A stretch of 64,000 nt of DNA from an uncultured delta proteobacterium (GCA_963711565.1 CAVQEQ010000003.1:1510769-1574768); one strand, 5' to 3'; counted from the stretch's first letter, positions 29,647 through 39,794 are shown. Translations and numbers: made by a program. The notes: a model not told the origin generated them from the letters alone.

Positions 29647-31272
29647 TCAGTCGGGACGGACCAGGCCGGACAGGCCGGCGAATAGCAGCGGCGTGATCGT
29701 CCAGCCCGCGAGGATGTGCAGCCACAGGTACCATCGCAGCAGGCGGCTCGGGATTGAGCTTGCATCGCCGGGTTCGCCCTCGCGCTTCGTCCTGCCGCGC
29801 ACGCTGTGGCGCGGATTGGGGCGCCAGTATTTGTCCTGGTGCAACTCGACCACCGGCAGAAAATTCTCGAGCGAATAGACGATCGGATTGAACACCGGGT
29901 AGTGCGGCGGCGCTTCTCCGCTGGCAACGAACTCGCGGTAAGGCCCTTCCTCAGTCGGCGTGATGATCCGCATCCGATAGCCCCAGCCGAATAGAATCGT
30001 GCCGAGGCCGACGAAGCCCGCGATCCACCACAGCGCACGCAGCGGCTTGTAGCCGAAGCCGATCGTGTATTGCAGCATCAGGCTCCACGCCTGCTGCGGG
30101 AGGCTCTCATGGCCGAAGCGGCGCTGCGCGATCTCCTTGGCCATGCGCACTTGAGTGGCGCCGTCGTCACGCCCCATCTCGCTCAGGACCGTCGCCAATT
30201 GGCGAAACGGCTGCGGATGGTATTTGGGTGGCTGCAACGCGAGCCATCGCAGGCGCGACGGCCCGTCTGTGGGAAGACTCAAAATGTTACCGTACACGAA
30301 GCCATTGAGTATGAGGTTGCCGGGGGCGGGCCAGCTAGCCTCGTCGTCCCAGATCGCGCCGGCGTGCACGTCCTCGAGGTTGAGCACAGTCGTCGGCGTA
30401 TGCTTCACGTCAACCCAATAGAAGGTGCCGTCGATGGTCGCGCGCTCAGCGTCCAGCTTGCCATCGCCGCGGAATTCGGCGCCATGAATGCTGAGGTCGT
30501 GTCCGATCTTCGCCAGAGGCAAGTACACGATACCGTCGGTGACGAAGCCGTCCTGCAACACCACGTCGCCGGCGACGTTCGCCTCGATCAGGTTGACCGC
30601 GTCGTCGCCCGAGTCGAGGATTCTCGCGCCGGTCAAGTCGAGCGTCCCGTCGATTCGAGCGCGCATGAAGCTGATCGGGCCAAAATCGCCGTTCATAAAG
30701 GACGCGTCGCCGTGAATGTTCGCCGTGACGGCGAATACAGGACCGGTGCGCGAGCGCCGCACCGTTATATCCTGCAGGTGAGCGGAGAGCAGGTTGATTC
30801 CGTCGGGGACGTAGCAGCGGATTAGAGTCAGCGGCTTATCGACGGTGGCGTAGGAGAAATCGAGATTGCCGCTTATCCGCGCGCCGGCGAGTGCGAGTCC
30901 GCTGGGATGTACGAATCGCGATACATCGGGGTCACTGAGAAGCCATGCGATCAATTCGGCGCGTACGGTGCGATCCGGGCCCCAACTCTCCCCGTGCGCC
31001 GGATCGTTTGCGGCGTTGTCCGGATCGTCGCTGGGGCCGAACCACGGCACCTCGCGCAGCGGCGCCGCATGCAGGAGTTTCCGTTCAGCGGTGCTCAGCG
31101 AAGCGCCGAACTTCCGCTGTGCCATTCCGTCGAGCGCGACTTCCGAACTGTTCGAGTCTCCGAATGCAACCGGATCAGCTCGATGAGCTTCCGCGGCGAA
31201 TGCTTGCGATACGACGAGCATCAGCAATGCGATTGCGATTGCGGCGTGGATGGTCTTTCGCTCGATGAACAT
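29647..31272 (-). CDS. Membrane protein with repetitive beta-solenoid-like N-terminal region and C-terminal TM hairpin
   Basis: Signal peptide; recurring A.I.G.L.L units; PQPFRQLA, GFGYKP, YSLENFLPVVEL, AGW..LAGLSG. Confidence 0.7.
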   Translation of the reverse strand: MFIERKTIHAAIAIALLMLVVSQAFAAEAHRADPVAFGDSNSSEVALDGMAQRKFGASLSTAERKLLHAAPLREVPWFGPSDDPDNAANDPAHGESWGPDRTVRAELIAWLLSDPDVSRFVHPSGLALAGARISGNLDFSYATVDKPLTLIRCYVPDGINLLSAHLQDITVRRSRTGPVFAVTANIHGDASFMNGDFGPISFMRARIDGTLDLTGARILDSGDDAVNLIEANVAGDVVLQDGFVTDGIVYLPLAKIGHDLSIHGAEFRGDGKLDAERATIDGTFYWVDVKHTPTTVLNLEDVHAGAIWDDEASWPAPGNLILNGFVYGNILSLPTDGPSRLRWLALQPPKYHPQPFRQLATVLSEMGRDDGATQVRMAKEIAQRRFGHESLPQQAWSLMLQYTIGFGYKPLRALWWIAGFVGLGTILFGWGYRMRIITPTEEGPYREFVASGEAPPHYPVFNPIVYSLENFLPVVELHQDKYWRPNPRHSVRGRTKREGEPGDASSIPSRLLRWYLWLHILAGWTITPLLFAGLSGLVRPD

Positions 31273-31464
31273 GGCGGGAATCAACTCTTCGAGACCACTG
31301 CGCACGGTGGTCGGACGGGGAATATCAGCGGCGCGCCAGATGATGCAACCAAGCCGGGAGAATCGCGAGCGACGGATTTGAGCGTTTGCTTCGATCGCGA
31401 ATACGATGCTTAGAGTTCACTGTCGCGGACGAAGTCGCGCGTTCACTTCTCGAAGGAGTCATAG

Positions 31465-31908
31465 GTGGAAGCTGCACAGGAGGAGAGGCTTGCCGCACTG
31501 CTGGCCGAGGTCCAGGTCGCTATTCTTGTCACGCAGGGGGAGCAGTGGCCGACGGCGACGATGCAGGCTTTCGCGGAGACGCCGGAGTTCGATTTGTTGT
31601 TTATCATGAACGACGCGTCGGAGAAGTTTCAGAATCTGCTCAAGCATCCATACGTCACCGTGTACCTGGACGCGCGCGAAAAGGGCAAGGTCGAGACCTT
31701 CGAGATCTCGCGCGTGCTGATCCAGGGGATCGCCAGCGAGGTCGCGCGTGACGGCGCCGAATGGGAGCCGATGAAGGAAATATTCCTGAAGAAGAGTCCC
31801 TTCGAAGCGCCCTTCTTCAAGTACCCGACGCTGCGCATGATGCGCGTCAGTCCCAGGCGGCTGTCCTACGCCGGCGCTGACCGCTTCACGTTCAAGGCGG
31901 AGTTCTGA
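31465..31908 (+). CDS. Pyridoxamine 5'-phosphate oxidase-like (split-barrel) protein
   Basis: LVT..P, SEKFQNLLKHPYV, IQGIA; RBS AAGGAG. Confidence 0.75.
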   Translation: MEAAQEERLAALLAEVQVAILVTQGEQWPTATMQAFAETPEFDLLFIMNDASEKFQNLLKHPYVTVYLDAREKGKVETFEISRVLIQGIASEVARDGAEWEPMKEIFLKKSPFEAPFFKYPTLRMMRVSPRRLSYAGADRFTFKAEF

Positions 31909-31946
31909 GAATTGCGGGCGCGCATCGCGTACTGTAAGAAGGAACC

Positions 31947-32834
31947 GTGACGACTCTCGCCGACAAAATCGCACCATACGCCGCCGCCTTCCGGCGCGAC
32001 GGCTTCGTCATGGTGCCCGACCTGCTCGGCGCCGACGAGCTCGAACGATACGGCGCGGCCGTCGATGAGGCAGTGGCGCGGCGCAAGCGCTCCGATACCC
32101 GCAAGCTCGGCGAGAAGACGCCTTACGAGCAGTCGTTCATCCAATGCATCAATCTGTGGGAGGATACGCCGGCGGTTCGGCCGCTCACGTTCCATCCGAT
32201 TGTATGCGAGGCCGCCGCGCGCATCCTCGGCGTCGAGCGGATCCGGCTGTGGCACGACCAAGCGCTATATAAGGAAGCGGGCGGACGGCTGACCGACCCG
32301 CATCAGGATCAACCCTATTGGCCGATGACCGAGACCGACACGATCACCGCGTGGATTCCGTTCGACGGCTCGACACACGCCACCGGATGCATGGGCTATG
32401 TGCCGGGCTCGCACGCGGTCGGGCTGCGCGAGTTTGTGAATATCTTCAAGCCCGAAGACGCACTCGAAATCTTGAAGATGCCGCAGATCAAGGACACGCC
32501 GCCGGTGTGGGTCGAAGTACCGCGGGGCGGCGTCGCGTTCCATCACGGGCTGACCGTGCATATGGCAAAACCGAACCTCGGGTCTGGGACGCGGCGCGTG
32601 CATACGATGATTTTTTTCCGCGACGGCTCGACCCGCAAAAATAATTTCCCGCATGACTCGGTCGAGCGCTATCACGTCGAGATCGGCGCACCGATCGACA
32701 GTCCCGTGACGCCGATCGCATGGCCGCGAGCGACGGGCGACGTTCCCGCACCGCCCGACGCGCCAATCTCCCAGATTTTCGCGAAGGCGGTCGAGCTCGG
32801 CGCCTTTCCCGACAAAGCCGGCCGCGCCGACTGA
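31947..32834 (+). CDS. Phytanoyl-CoA dioxygenase family Fe(II)/2-oxoglutarate oxygenase
   Basis: FRRDGF, PHQDQPYW (HxD), FHHGLTVH, NxGSGTRR. Confidence 0.9.
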   Translation: MTTLADKIAPYAAAFRRDGFVMVPDLLGADELERYGAAVDEAVARRKRSDTRKLGEKTPYEQSFIQCINLWEDTPAVRPLTFHPIVCEAAARILGVERIRLWHDQALYKEAGGRLTDPHQDQPYWPMTETDTITAWIPFDGSTHATGCMGYVPGSHAVGLREFVNIFKPEDALEILKMPQIKDTPPVWVEVPRGGVAFHHGLTVHMAKPNLGSGTRRVHTMIFFRDGSTRKNNFPHDSVERYHVEIGAPIDSPVTPIAWPRATGDVPAPPDAPISQIFAKAVELGAFPDKAGRAD

Positions 32835-33278
32835 CTATTTGCAGTTCACGCTTTTGACTACGTTGGCGCCTCCACTGAAGCGCATGTTGCGATCGTAAAC
32901 CACGTCGCATCGCGTGACACTCGCCGGTAGCTGCCGCGAGATCTGCGCGGTCGTATTCGCATAGTTGCACTGCAGCCAGTAGCCGCGATCGCTCTTCGCC
33001 AGTTGCCAGATCTGGATGAGGTTGTCGCCGCTCGTTTTTTCGTTGTCGGGCACCAGCGAAGCCTGCGCGGACGGAGGACCGTCGAAGATGGTGACGCCCG
33101 CAACCGCCGTCTGGTAGCCCGAGTAACTCACGGTCCAGTCCGGAGCCGGCGCGGAGGCTCTCTGCTCGACTGCTATTTCGGCCGGGCAGGACGACTCGGC
33201 GCGCGCGATTTGAGCCACCGCAATCGCGCACGCGACCGCAACCAGGCTGAGCACCATTCGCTTCATCTCGAATTTCAT
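32835..33278 (-). CDS. Small exported Cys-containing protein (STY0301-like)
   Basis: Signal peptide, CP..I, FDGPP...ASLVPD, WLQCNY. Confidence 0.65.
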   Translation of the reverse strand: MKFEMKRMVLSLVAVACAIAVAQIARAESSCPAEIAVEQRASAPAPDWTVSYSGYQTAVAGVTIFDGPPSAQASLVPDNEKTSGDNLIQIWQLAKSDRGYWLQCNYANTTAQISRQLPASVTRCDVVYDRNMRFSGGANVVKSVNCK

Positions 33279-33400
33279 CGGCGCAAGTCTAGAATGTGCC
33301 GCGAGGAAAAACGAGTGCGGGGCGGAGTCACGAAGTCGATTCGCGCTTCCGCCCCGCGGATAGGTACGTCTTTCGCGGGCTCGCCGCGGGCCGAACGGGG

Positions 33401-33502
33401 TTACCGTTCGACGCCAGGTCTTTTGAAATATGGTCTGGCCGGCCGCGCGATTATCACGATCGCGATAGCCACTCCTGCCAACAACGATAGAACTTCCATC
33501 AT
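33401..33502 (-). CDS. Putative 33-aa single-TM small protein
   Basis: MMEVLSLLAGVAIAIVIIARPARPYFKRPGVER; hydrophobic N-terminus, basic tail; below the ORF-track cutoff. Confidence 0.4.
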   Translation of the reverse strand: MMEVLSLLAGVAIAIVIIARPARPYFKRPGVER

Positions 33503-33735
33503 ACTAACTCACTTGCGCGCGTGCGGATCTTGCGGTCGATCGAACAGCGCACGATTTCAGGTCGATTGTCCTTCGGCTCGCCGAGCCGCACTTGCAAATC
33601 GCTTGTGTGCTCGTGCAGCGACGCGCGCATCTGTCAGGAGATTTTCTCAGGAACGCTGCGGGGAGGCCGATCGAAGGCGATTCTATTCGCGCGAAATCGG
33701 ATCCTTCCCGTGCGTGTTATGCGATGCGTCTTTGC

Positions 33736-33909
33736 TTACAGGCTCACGAACGAAAGAACGATGTACGCCAGGGTGAGGAATGCGAATGCAACACCGGGCA
33801 ATTCGCTGAGCAGACTGTTTTGCGCGATACGATCCGCCGCGACAGTTTCGGTCTGCTCCTGCACCTGCTGAAAGCCTGCGAGTCTCTGATTGATCGTGGT
33901 AGCAGCCAT
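33736..33909 (-). CDS. 57-aa small protein with C-terminal TM helix
   Basis: MAATTINQRLAGFQQVQEQ..LPGVAFAFLTLAYIVLSFVSL; strong RBS GGAGGCAAGGAAA-ATG; sigma54 promoter upstream. Confidence 0.7.
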   Translation of the reverse strand: MAATTINQRLAGFQQVQEQTETVAADRIAQNSLLSELPGVAFAFLTLAYIVLSFVSL

Positions 33910-33950
33910 TTTCCTTGCCTCCCGTTAGAGTTCGTCGTCAGCAGTGGTAG

Positions 33951-33967
33951 AGCAAGGCTGGTGCCAA
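33951..33967 (-). promoter_or_regulatory. Sigma54 (-24/-12) promoter
   Basis: Minus strand TTGGCACCAGCCTTGCT: GG-N10-GC spacing and near-consensus sequence. Confidence 0.8.
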
Positions 33968-34150
33968 TGACCTAAGTGTTTATTTCATTCAACTATTTTC
34001 GATGGGCGCAGTCTTTATCATTTGCGATTCGCAAAACGTTGGCTCTTTATCGCGAAAACCCCGCCATTTGCGCAGACTCGGTCGGGGCAGGCGCGCGACT
34101 GCATGCAGCCGATTCACATCGTCGCGATGGTTCCTATTGTTACGCACGCG

Positions 34151-35641
34151 TTACGGACGCGGCGGCTGCTCGATGGCTCCCACGGCGTACGCGACGGCGG
34201 CCGACAACGTCAGCAAGTCCGCCCGGCTCTGGACAATCGTGTAGCGCGCGTTGGCGAGATCGCGATCGGCGGTCAGCAACTCGACGATCGTGCTAAGCCC
34301 CTGCTTGTACGTATCGAGATTCGCGTCGTAGGACTCCTGCGACGCGGCCAACAAAGCCTTGGCATACTCGTAGCGGCTGAGCGCGGTCTGGAATTCATAG
34401 TATGCGCGCCACACGGAGCTGATCGCATCGACCTCGAGCGTCTTGAGCTGCGCGCCGGCGGCGTCGCGATCAGCCTCGGCCTGGCGGACGTCGTTGAGAC
34501 GTTTGAAACCGGTGAAGAGGTCCCAGTTGATCGTCAGCAGCGCGGTGTATTGCGGCTGGTTTGCGACGACGTTCGGCGTTTCATCGAATTTGTAGTCCCA
34601 GTTCTGGGTGCCGTAATTGCCCGTGATTCCGATGGTCGGGTAGAACTGCGCCTTCGCCTGTTCGACGGCGGCGCGTCTTGCATCGAGCGTCGCGACCTGG
34701 GCCGCGAGATCGGGCCGACTACGCACGGCGGTTTCAATAAGTTGATCAACTTGGGTGCCCAGTCCCGCGGGAATCGGGAGGCTCTCGAGGCTCGGCACGT
34801 CGAGCGGGGTGTTGGCGGCGACGCCCAGCGCAACGGCCGTGCTTGCCTGCGCTTCGCGCACCAGCAGATGCGCGCTGGCGAGATCGTATTGCGATTGCGC
34901 CACGGTCTGGCGCGAGAGCAGCAGCTGTGGCTCAGTCGCCAGCCCGAGATCGACGCGGCGGCTGACGGCCTCGTCGTCGGTCTTCGCCAGCTCGACGTTT
35001 TGCTCAGCGGCCTGTACCGCGGCCTTGGCCGCGCCGATCGCATAAAACGAGCGCTGCGTTGCGAACACGACGTCCTGGAGCTTGCGGTTGAACGAGAAGT
35101 TCGCGGCCGCGAGCTGCGCACGCGCGGCGGCTGCGCCGGCGTCGCGGCGTCCAAAGTCGATCAGCGTGTAGGTGAACTCGATCATCGGGGTGATTTGCCA
35201 CTGCCTGAGGACGGCGTTCTGTCCCGGCAGTTCGAAGATTTCGCGCTCGTACCCACCCGGGGCTTGCGCGCTCACGTCAGGATAGTACGGTGCGCGCGAG
35301 GCTCCGTATGCGGCCGCCGCTGCGCGAGCTTGCTCCCAGGTCTGCCGCGTTTCGGGATTGTTGCTGAGCGCGATGTCGATTAGCGCGGGCAGGTCGTACT
35401 TGTTGCCGGCGCTGGAGACGCGCGGCTCCGGAATCGTGCTTGGCGGCCGCTCCTGGGTCGGAATTACATATTCGTTTGACTTCGATACCCACGCACGGTC
35501 CGATTCCGCCGGCGAGAATTTGTCGGGATACACTTCGGGCTGCTCGGCAAAGTAAGTGCAACCGTTCACGCTTAGCGCGAGACCGAGCGCGGCGACGATG
35601 AGCTTCCGAGTTGTGCGACCCATTTCAAAACCGATATTCAT
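34151..35641 (-). CDS. TolC-family outer membrane efflux lipoprotein (MdtP-like)
   Basis: Lipobox VNGC, ALSNNPE, two OEP repeats, YKQGLSTIVELL. Confidence 0.88.
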   Translation of the reverse strand: MNIGFEMGRTTRKLIVAALGLALSVNGCTYFAEQPEVYPDKFSPAESDRAWVSKSNEYVIPTQERPPSTIPEPRVSSAGNKYDLPALIDIALSNNPETRQTWEQARAAAAAYGASRAPYYPDVSAQAPGGYEREIFELPGQNAVLRQWQITPMIEFTYTLIDFGRRDAGAAAARAQLAAANFSFNRKLQDVVFATQRSFYAIGAAKAAVQAAEQNVELAKTDDEAVSRRVDLGLATEPQLLLSRQTVAQSQYDLASAHLLVREAQASTAVALGVAANTPLDVPSLESLPIPAGLGTQVDQLIETAVRSRPDLAAQVATLDARRAAVEQAKAQFYPTIGITGNYGTQNWDYKFDETPNVVANQPQYTALLTINWDLFTGFKRLNDVRQAEADRDAAGAQLKTLEVDAISSVWRAYYEFQTALSRYEYAKALLAASQESYDANLDTYKQGLSTIVELLTADRDLANARYTIVQSRADLLTLSAAVAYAVGAIEQPPRP

Positions 35642-35731
35642 ATAAAGATCCCCACCTACCGTTGGCTGGCTTCGGAACATTGAATCTCGCGACGTGCGTT
35701 GGCACAATCCGGCGCGTACAATCTGTCCCGC

Positions 35732-36007
35732 ATGCGATCCCCCGACCCGACCTGCATCCGATTCGCGCTGCCGATTGCCGCCGCACTGCTGCTCGCCGGA
35801 TGCGACCCCGTGATTAATATCGCGGGTGCGAATTTTCCAAGCTGGCTATTCTGCGCGATTTGCGGCTTCATTTTGACCGTCGCGATCCGCCCACTCTTCG
35901 TGGTAACCCGCCTCGAGGGCTACTTGTGGCCGCGGCCAATTGTGTATTCGAGCCTCGCCATTCTCATGGGATGCATCGTGTGGCTTGTCTTCTTCAATCG
36001 AATCTGA
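35732..36007 (+). CDS. YtcA-family lipoprotein
   Basis: LAGCDPVINIAGANFPSWL; directly upstream of an MdtN-like gene. Confidence 0.8.
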   Translation: MRSPDPTCIRFALPIAAALLLAGCDPVINIAGANFPSWLFCAICGFILTVAIRPLFVVTRLEGYLWPRPIVYSSLAILMGCIVWLVFFNRI

Positions 36008-37092
36008 TGACTACCGCGATGCCAAACGAGACCGAGACCGGCAACGCTTCGCTGACCTTGCGCTTCGCGGGCCACCTGCTCAGCGCCGCCATCGTAATCG
36101 CCACGGTCATCGTCGGTCTCTACGTCGCACGCCTCTACTACCAGTATCCACGCACCGACGACGCTTACGTTCGCGCCAACTCCGTCGGCATCGCGCCGCA
36201 CGTCAGCGGGCCCATCACCGAACTGCCGATTGTCGATAATCAGTACGTCAAGCAGGGCGACTTGCTGTTCGTGGTCGATCCACGGCCGTATCAAGCGGCG
36301 CTCGACGCCGCAGTCGCCAAGCTTCAATTGACCGAACTCGATATTCGGGCGCTCGAGGACGCGATCCGAACCGCGCATTCCGATCAAGTCCGGCTCGAAG
36401 CCGACGCCGCGTACGCGAGGCAGTATCTCAATCGGATTCAGCCGCTGCTGGCCAAACATTTCGTCACCGCCAACAACGTCTTCAACGCGCGCTCGCAAGC
36501 CAACGCTGCCCAGGCCGCGGTCGAGTCCGCGCAGTCCGACGTGCGTAAGGCGCAGAACCAGCTCGGCCAGTACGGCAACATCAACGCGCTGCGCAAAGCC
36601 GCGGAGGCCGCTGTTTACAACGCGAAACTCAACGTCGGTTACTGCTACGTCCGCGCGCCCTACAACGGCTGGGTTACCAATCTCAACATCGCGGAGGGCC
36701 AGTATGCCAATGAAGGCTTGCAAGTCGTCAGCCTCATTGACGATCGCAAGTGGTACGTGATCGCGAATTTCCGCGAGACCTTTCTCTCGCACATCGAACC
36801 CGGCATGACCGCCGAGGTTTTCATCCTCGCCTATCCCAACAAGCGCTTTCGGGGCCATGTGCAAGGCGTCGGATGGGCGCTGTATCAGCAAAACGGCGCG
36901 ACCGTCGAGGGTCTGCCGCAGACTGAGCCGACGCTCAACTGGGTGCGGCTCTCGCAGCGCTTCCCCGTCCGCATCGTGCTCGACGACCGCGACCCGAAGT
37001 TTCCGTTCCGGATGGGTACTACAGCGGTCGTGACAATCCAGGGCTATCGCGATCGTTCAGCGCAATCAGGATTCCCGCCGGCAGAGCAATAA
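36007..37092 (+). CDS. HlyD/MdtN-like membrane fusion protein
   Basis: PRTDDAYV, IAPHVSG, ANFRET, WVRLSQRFPVRI. Confidence 0.92.
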   Translation: MTTAMPNETETGNASLTLRFAGHLLSAAIVIATVIVGLYVARLYYQYPRTDDAYVRANSVGIAPHVSGPITELPIVDNQYVKQGDLLFVVDPRPYQAALDAAVAKLQLTELDIRALEDAIRTAHSDQVRLEADAAYARQYLNRIQPLLAKHFVTANNVFNARSQANAAQAAVESAQSDVRKAQNQLGQYGNINALRKAAEAAVYNAKLNVGYCYVRAPYNGWVTNLNIAEGQYANEGLQVVSLIDDRKWYVIANFRETFLSHIEPGMTAEVFILAYPNKRFRGHVQGVGWALYQQNGATVEGLPQTEPTLNWVRLSQRFPVRIVLDDRDPKFPFRMGTTAVVTIQGYRDRSAQSGFPPAEQ

Positions 37093-37098
37093 TTGACC

Positions 37099-39384
37099 AT
37101 GGCCGGCTTCGCCAAACCGGAGATTGGTCTCGCGGAGCCATTTGGCTGGTTCGATCAGCTTGCCGCGTTGCTTATTCGGGAGCTCGCGCCCAACTCACGA
37201 AAACTCCGCACTGCCCTTCGCATGACCGCGATTGCCACGATCGGCGCAGCCCTGGTGGTGAGCTGTCACGTCAACAACCAGCTCGGAACCTACATCGTAT
37301 GGCTCCTCGTGGGAGCGGGACCGATGCTGGCGCTCCGCAGGGCGGTTGCGTTTCTGATCGCGGAAGCGTTCGCGCTGGCCGCGTCAGTGCTGATGGCGGG
37401 TATATTGGTGGAAACGCCGTGGCTCCTGCTCCCGTTTCTCTTCGCGGTGATTTCGTTAACGACGTACGTCGGAGCGACATTCAAGCTCGGCGCCCCGCTG
37501 CTCCTTATCCAGGTGGTCTGCCTCGATACGTTCTACAGCGTGGTATTTGCGCCCGACCAAATCGGTTGGGCCGCGGCGGGCATTTTCGGCGGCAGCGTGA
37601 TCGCCTTCGGCACCATCGTCCTGTTCGACAACTGGCTATGGCCCGACCGCGCTGAAGAGATCCTGCTGGAATCGCTGGGCGCGAGCGTCGCGCGCGATCG
37701 CTCGCGGATGCTCGAAGCTGCGAATTACTACCTGAATCCCCAAAGCGCGCCGCGACCGGCGTTGCCGCCGCCGACTTCCGATCTTCCCGCAGACATGGAT
37801 CTTCTGAATCGAGCTGCGGCCGAGGGTGTCTCCGAACATCGCCAGGCGATCCTGCTCGCGGCTGTCACCCGCGTCGCGCGCATCGGTCTCGAAGTGGATC
37901 GCCTGATCGTCACCGCGCGCCAAAAGCTCCCGGCAGAAGTTCGCGCGATGGTCCGGCCTGAAATTCAGGCGAGCGTGGATGCGATTGCGACGGTATTGGA
38001 CGAGCTCGCCCACGAGCTGCCGACGCACGTCGCCGTCGGGGTCGACAATACCCCTCCTGCCTCGCGGACCCGCGCGCGAGAGATGCTCGACGCCCTCAGT
38101 ACTCGCATCCTCCAGGTCAGACCGACCTATATCGGCAAAGTGAGTTCGGCCGAGCTCGAAAATTTCGCGGAGTTCACCGATTCGCTCGCAGTGCTGACCG
38201 GACACATCGAGCGCCTGCTCGACGAACCGCCGCAGCCACCCGCCGCGGCGCCGGCGAAAGGTGCGACCCCGCGATTGAGCGACGCTCTGGATCCCGCGGC
38301 TGTCCGCTATTCGCTGAAGGTCGGCGCCTGCGTGGTGATCGGTTATGTGATTGGCATCATCGACCACCGTCCCGAGCTGAACACCATCCTGACGACGGTG
38401 ATAATAACCGCGCTCCCCACCTACGGCGCGGCGCTCCGCAAAATGAATCTGCGAATCGTTGGCGCGGCAATCGGCGGCGTGATTTCGCTCCTGACGATCA
38501 TCGTCGTCACACCCAACTTCTCAACTCTTCCGGCTTATATGATCGCGGTCTTCGTAGTCTTTTACATTTCCGCGTACTGCTCTCTCAGCAGCGGACGGGT
38601 TGCATACGCTGGCAAGCAGATCGGTACGACCTTCGCCTTGGTGTTCACCGGCTTGAGCCCGGCCCTCGACATCTATGAGCCGCTCTGGCGCATCTGGGCA
38701 ATCTTGCTGGGCACGATCGTCGTGGCAGTCGTCACTTTCATCCTGTGGCCCGAGTACGCCGGCGATTCCCTGTTGCCTCGGCTGCGTAAAGTTATTCGGG
38801 ACACGCTTTCGCTGGTTCCCGGTGGTTCCGCTGCGAACGCCGAGAATGAGATCCAGCGGACTAATTCGGCGACCATGCGCTCGCTCGCCGAAATTCTGGA
38901 GGTCGCCGACGACGCGCAAGTCGAAGGCCGCACCAGCCTGGTCAACCACAACGCAATCGTCGAGGCGGCGGGAACGCTCCGGCGCATCGCGAACCGGCTA
39001 GCCTCGATAGCGACCAGCCGCATCACCAATCCTCTGCCGCAACTGGACCCGGTGACCGAATCGGCGCGCGAGGCGGTGTTCGACGCGATTCGCCGGCATC
39101 TGGAGTCGTGGCTCGAATTCTTCAGCGGCGCCGACAGCCTCAACGCCGCGGCCGCGCAGCAAGTTGCGCGAACGCATTCTACCGATGATATGGAAAAACC
39201 GCTCGAGCGGTTCGGCTCGCGGGTAGAGGAACGGGAATTCGCGCGAATCGGTTCGTGGACACTGGAGCAGCGGCGCGTGCTCCTGGCCGAGCTGCACTCG
39301 ATGCGCCGCCTCGAATACCTGCTCACCCAGTTGAATCGATGGCTCGCGGAAATCCCCGGCTCATCATCGACGCCTCCACGCTGA
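37099..39384 (+). CDS. FUSC/MdtO-like inner membrane efflux component
   Basis: Two multi-TM blocks separated by a helical domain; LRIVGAAIGG, ILWP. Confidence 0.85.
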   Translation: MAGFAKPEIGLAEPFGWFDQLAALLIRELAPNSRKLRTALRMTAIATIGAALVVSCHVNNQLGTYIVWLLVGAGPMLALRRAVAFLIAEAFALAASVLMAGILVETPWLLLPFLFAVISLTTYVGATFKLGAPLLLIQVVCLDTFYSVVFAPDQIGWAAAGIFGGSVIAFGTIVLFDNWLWPDRAEEILLESLGASVARDRSRMLEAANYYLNPQSAPRPALPPPTSDLPADMDLLNRAAAEGVSEHRQAILLAAVTRVARIGLEVDRLIVTARQKLPAEVRAMVRPEIQASVDAIATVLDELAHELPTHVAVGVDNTPPASRTRAREMLDALSTRILQVRPTYIGKVSSAELENFAEFTDSLAVLTGHIERLLDEPPQPPAAAPAKGATPRLSDALDPAAVRYSLKVGACVVIGYVIGIIDHRPELNTILTTVIITALPTYGAALRKMNLRIVGAAIGGVISLLTIIVVTPNFSTLPAYMIAVFVVFYISAYCSLSSGRVAYAGKQIGTTFALVFTGLSPALDIYEPLWRIWAILLGTIVVAVVTFILWPEYAGDSLLPRLRKVIRDTLSLVPGGSAANAENEIQRTNSATMRSLAEILEVADDAQVEGRTSLVNHNAIVEAAGTLRRIANRLASIATSRITNPLPQLDPVTESAREAVFDAIRRHLESWLEFFSGADSLNAAAAQQVARTHSTDDMEKPLERFGSRVEEREFARIGSWTLEQRRVLLAELHSMRRLEYLLTQLNRWLAEIPGSSSTPPR

Positions 39385-39450
39385 GCGTGCAAGGCAATCT
39401 GACGCCCTCAGGCGCAGGACCTCACGAGCCGCACCGCTTGCAGACGATTC

Positions 39451-39618
39451 CTAGGCCGCCAGGCTGCCCGTCTTGCCCCGACGGAGCTCGCCGGTCCCCG
39501 GTTTCGCGCTCCTTGTGGATGCGGCGCGTTCGGCACGCATGTTCGGCAACGCCGACCATACCAGCACGACCACGGTAAGAGTGAGGAGATTTGCAACTAT
39601 CAGGGTGGTGATTCCCAT
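39451..39618 (-). CDS. Putative 55-aa single-TM small protein
   Basis: MGITTLIVANLLTLTVVVLVWSALPNMRAERAASTRSAKPG..; hydrophobic N-terminus, basic tail. Confidence 0.45.
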   Translation of the reverse strand: MGITTLIVANLLTLTVVVLVWSALPNMRAERAASTRSAKPGTGELRRGKTGSLAA

Positions 39619-39736
39619 GGGCTACCCCGCTGTGACGGAATTTGAAGTTACCCTACGTTTAGTAGGATAACACTACAGCACCGTCCAAGTCCAGCGTCGA
39701 GCGGCCGGCATTTGCCGCGTGCTTTTCTTCGTATGG

Positions 39737-39794
39737 ACACCGGGTGCAGGGGTCACCTCTGCTGAAACCCACGGTGGGTTTCATTTCAATTAAG
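39737..39794 (+). repeat. Dispersed palindromic repeat, copy B
   Basis: ACACCGGGTGCAGGGGTCACCTCTGC-TGAAACCC..GGGTTTCA..ATTAAG, same modules as copy A. Confidence 0.85.
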
